From the human T2T-CHM13v2.0 reference genome, Homo sapiens: a stretch of 64,000 nt of DNA. Below are positions 59,467 to 64,000 of this stretch, piece after piece. Below the pieces are notes generated by a model, which was not told the DNA's origin, made no database searches, and saw only the letters and a list, made by a program, of their open reading frames with translations. The stretch lies in NCBI RefSeq assembly GCF_009914755.1, contig NC_060940.1; one strand, written 5' to 3'. The position numbers were made by a program, and so were the translations under genes. How positions within the stretch are numbered: position 1 is the stretch's first letter; the number at the start of each line of letters is the position of its first letter.

Positions 59467-59486
59467 TAGATAGATAGATAGATACA

Positions 59487-59516
<30 letters not shown>
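59467..59516. repeat. (TAGA)n(TACA)n tetranucleotide STR
   Basis: TAGATAGATAGATAGA followed by about 8 TACA units. Confidence 0.95.
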
Positions 59517-59518
<2 letters not shown>

Positions 59519-59549
59519 AAATTAGGTAAGAGGATACTTTTAATGTATG

Positions 59550-59607
59550 GTAAGCTATGATTGCACCACTGCATTCTAGCCTAGGCGACAGAGCAAGACC
59601 CTGTCTC

Positions 59608-59638
<31 letters not shown>
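59550..59638 (+). mobile_element. Alu 3' tip with (TAAA)n tail
   Basis: GCTATGATTGCACCACTGCATTCTAGCCTAGGCGACAGAGCAAGACCC. Confidence 0.88.
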
Positions 59639-59939
59639 ATTTTGTAAAAGGTATCATAGCTGTATAAAAAGAAAAGACTAAAAAGAAAGCCACTCAAATT
59701 CCATTTCTCTTCTGCAGATTTTTTTTTAGTTTTGTATTTCATCTGTGATTGACTGTGTATGTATTTTTGCATATATACCTGCAAGCATTTGTCCTTTTAA
59801 CCTTAGGAAAAAAAGTCTGATTGCAACTACGTGTTTGGGAATCAGGGAGACTATGGAAGAACAATCTCAGATCTCAGCTTGAGGCTCCACTTGCAATATC
59901 ACAATTTCTAAAACATGTTGTATGTGGGCCCATTTGCCA

Positions 59940-60023
59940 TGTGTGTGCGTGTGTCTGTCTATCTATCTATCTATGTATCTATCTATCTATCTATCTATCT
60001 ATATATATATATATATATATATA
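59940..60023. repeat. (TG)n(TCTA)n(TA)n compound STR
   Basis: Visible directly in the sequence. Confidence 0.95.
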
Positions 60024-60204
60024 CTTATAATGTGGTGGGTTCTCGAATCACAGTTGTAATTCACATTTTTCTCCACCAATTCTGATAACTTGCATTAAGA
60101 AATTGACTGTGTAAGTTAAATTTTAGATCAATAATGCAAATTGCAAGACCTAGTACAGGCCAAGGCCTCATTATATCTGAGTAGGGCTTTAAGAAAGCAA
60201 GAAA

Positions 60205-60325
60205 GAATCGCTTGAACCTGGGAAGCGGAGGTTGCAGTGAGTTGAGAGCATGCCATTGCGCTCTGCTCCAGCCTGGGCAAAAAGAGTGAATGAAACTCTG
60301 TCAAAAAAAAAAAAAAAAAAAAAAG
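60205..60325 (+). mobile_element. Alu 3' fragment
   Basis: AGAATCGCTTGAACCTGGG...poly(A). Confidence 0.9.
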
Positions 60326-60456
60326 AAGGAAAGAGGGAAATATACATCCTCCTATCCAGGGTGAATTACAAATAGTACCAGTTGGTTGTAAGTGGATTTA
60401 AAATTACTTTTTACTGCTAATGGGGCATCTGTCTTCATTCAACAAATATATTTCGG

Positions 60457-60540
60457 TCTCTGTTAGATACAGTGTATCTCTGTTAGATAGAGAGCATTCT
60501 GTTAGATACAGAGAATCTCTGGTAGATATAAAGTATTCTG
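60457..60540. repeat. Minisatellite, about 4 copies of a 19-20 bp unit TCTCTGTTAGATACAGAGTA
   Basis: TCTCTGTTAGATACAGTGTA / TCTCTGTTAGATAGAGAGCA / TTCTGTTAGATACAGAGAA / TCTCTGGTAGATATAAAGTA. Confidence 0.85.
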
Positions 60541-61176
60541 CTATTCTGATCTTCCTGTTAGAAGATCAGATTTACAGAAGTCTACATTTGCTCTCAAGGG
60601 ACCTTCAGTCTGTTTGGAGCAATCTCTTTATTAATTTATTTATTCAGTAAATTTTATTCAGAACCAGCTATATGGCAAACCCTAGTCCTTATGCTGAGGT
60701 TTCAGAGATGATAATGGGGGCAGATGCAGCCATTCAGTTGACTTCCTGTGGACACCAGAGATGACAGGCCCCTGTCCCCAGCTTACCATCCAGCATATAA
60801 GGCATATATGCCCCTTTCCATGAAGTATAATCTAATGAGAACAGTTGGAGAAGGTCAGGCAAAGGGGACAGGACAGGAACTCAGGAGGAGGGGATATTTA
60901 GACTTACAGACCTGCCCTACCTAAGGTCCCACAGATGGTCTGTGATGACAGATAGCCCCTGGACTGCTAAGACTCGGATCTTTAAATATAGGCCCATCTG
61001 GGCTGTGGGGAGGTGACAGCCTGAGAAAAAGTCATTCTTAGATGCCCTTACTCTGTTGATCATAAAAGTAGGAGCTGAAATTCTCATAGCCTGAGAAGCT
61101 ATTTGCAGCATTCCCTGAGGGCTTTGAAACACTATCAAACAACAAGGAGAGACAAAACAGTTTTTAGCCCTGCTCA

Positions 61177-61491
<315 letters not shown>

Positions 61492-62929
61492 TCAAAGTTC
61501 CAATCAGTGCCCAGGGCTTCATGCATATTGGACAGACCTGAGTCATGAGGCCATCTCCGATTGGTCCATCCAGGGCCATGTGCTCACCCCTTAATTCAGG
61601 ATGTGGGGTCCGGCTCCCCTGAAGTGCACAGAGAAGAGGGGTTGCCCAAAGGTGAATGGGGAGAAGGGGATATAAGTGCAGGACAGGTAAGAACAGCAAA
61701 TGCTCATTAACACCATGCAGTGATGAAACGCCTCTTAATCAACCCTTGCTGGCTGCAGTTGATTTGTTACTTACCGTGAGGTTATCATAGCTTTGCAGAG
61801 ACTTTGTGATGGGGCTGTCAACAGAGAGAAAGAGAGAGAGAGAAAGAAAAGAAAGAAGTGCCACCAGTCCATTTTGTTCCACTCAAATGTAGATCGTAAT
61901 TTTTAGGTTTGTAATTACTGATGAGAAGAATGCCTGAGCCAGAACTTCCCAGAGATTTATCTGCCACTTACCTGGAGTAAGTAGAAAGGATATCAGTTTT
62001 CCCCAGTACACCTGCCTCCAATGAAGCCAACTCTCAGGCTCTAGAAGTCTCTGCCTTGGGATGGATTCACCAGTGTGCTTCTCAGGCTGGCCAGTGTGGA
62101 AGCAGCCTTGCTGTATTTCATCCTTTAAAAATACAGCCTGCTTGCCATCTCACGACTTTTCCCTTAATGCAACAAAGAAATATGTGTTTGGCTGTGAAAT
62201 CTTTTTTTTTTTTTTTTTTTGTTTTTTTGCTGTGGAGCGCAAAATGTTCATTTATCTCTGGATGGTTTGTTTCTGGCCACCTGCCCTAAGTGTATCTGAA
62301 TATTGTAACGGTGATCACTTCTTGAGTCTTGGTCATTACGAAGTGACATTTGGCATGAATTTGCTCATCACCACAGAGGGCCCCAGGGACCCACTTGGGA
62401 GAAGGTGAGTTATAGCCCACAAGATAACATTTCTCCTGGTGACTGTCCTGAAAGCCTACTTTGGGCCACCACATCAGTGTGTTGGGAGATGAGTTAAGAG
62501 GTTTTATTCTTATACATGCGGAAGAATTATGCCTTCTTGAGCCATGCTCAGGAGATGTCAGCCTTTTCCATTGTCTCCCCGCCCCCACCGCCAGCCCTGC
62601 TTAAATTATCCCCTCTTTTTAAACAAAATATCCTAATCTTGGAAGTGGCATATCATGTTCCTTCTTTTTTAAGAGAGAAGGAGAAATTCCTGCAGATCAT
62701 CAGGGACTGAGGCTAACTGAAGCTTTGGAATGGATACAGTGCTACTCTCAGCTGAAAGCACAAATCACTTCCATCACGTATATGAGATTCCTCTTGCAGC
62801 ACTGCAGAGGGGTGATAAGCAAGAGTTGATCGATGACAGAACACCCACCCAATTTCTTGACTCATTCTTCAACGGGCAGGGTCTATACATGTGGTATGGC
62901 TGCAATGTTTGTTGATAACCCCTACATTC

Positions 62930-63555
<626 letters not shown>

Positions 63556-63603
63556 TCATGATGAAAAGTTGGGTTGCTTTCATATTTAGAAATATCTTGG
63601 AAC

Positions 63604-63910
<307 letters not shown>

Positions 63911-64000
63911 CGAATATCTTTTTTTGTCAGCTCCATGAGGGCACAAAGTTGTATCAGCTTTTTTTTTTCACAGCTGTGTCTTCATCCTAAAATAGTTTCT

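Noticed and set aside
60457-60540. CRISPR-like repeat array
   Set aside because: Units abut with no unique spacers, the context is eukaryotic, and there are no cas genes.

Overview
This is primate, most likely human, non-coding genomic DNA. I find no credible protein-coding exon, tRNA/rRNA gene or CRISPR array. The ORF-track entries I inspected are explained by Alu, LTR or L1 sequence, microsatellites or chance. The window holds about 34 Alu elements or fragments, many MIR/L2 relics, several L1 fragments, seven MaLR/ERVL LTRs or LTR remnants (THE1, MSTA, MST, MLT1 family, LTR47-like), and DNA transposon fossils (MER20, Tigger3a/MER7A, MER58A/B). Between them lie repeat-free blocks dense in homeodomain/SOX/POU/E-box motifs that look like conserved non-coding enhancers. 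A T-rich + strand and mostly antisense L1 fragments suggest a long intron of a + strand gene, but I could not identify the locus. I see no clearly new biological system. The best leads are a candidate recursive (zero-length-exon) splice site at 577-584, several candidate enhancers, an orphan L1 5'UTR ending at the ORF1 ATG, an AluS/AluJ mosaic, nested MIR>LTR>Alu insertions with intact TSDs, and a hairpin-unit minisatellite. Repeat names come from recalled consensus sequences; boundaries are approximate.
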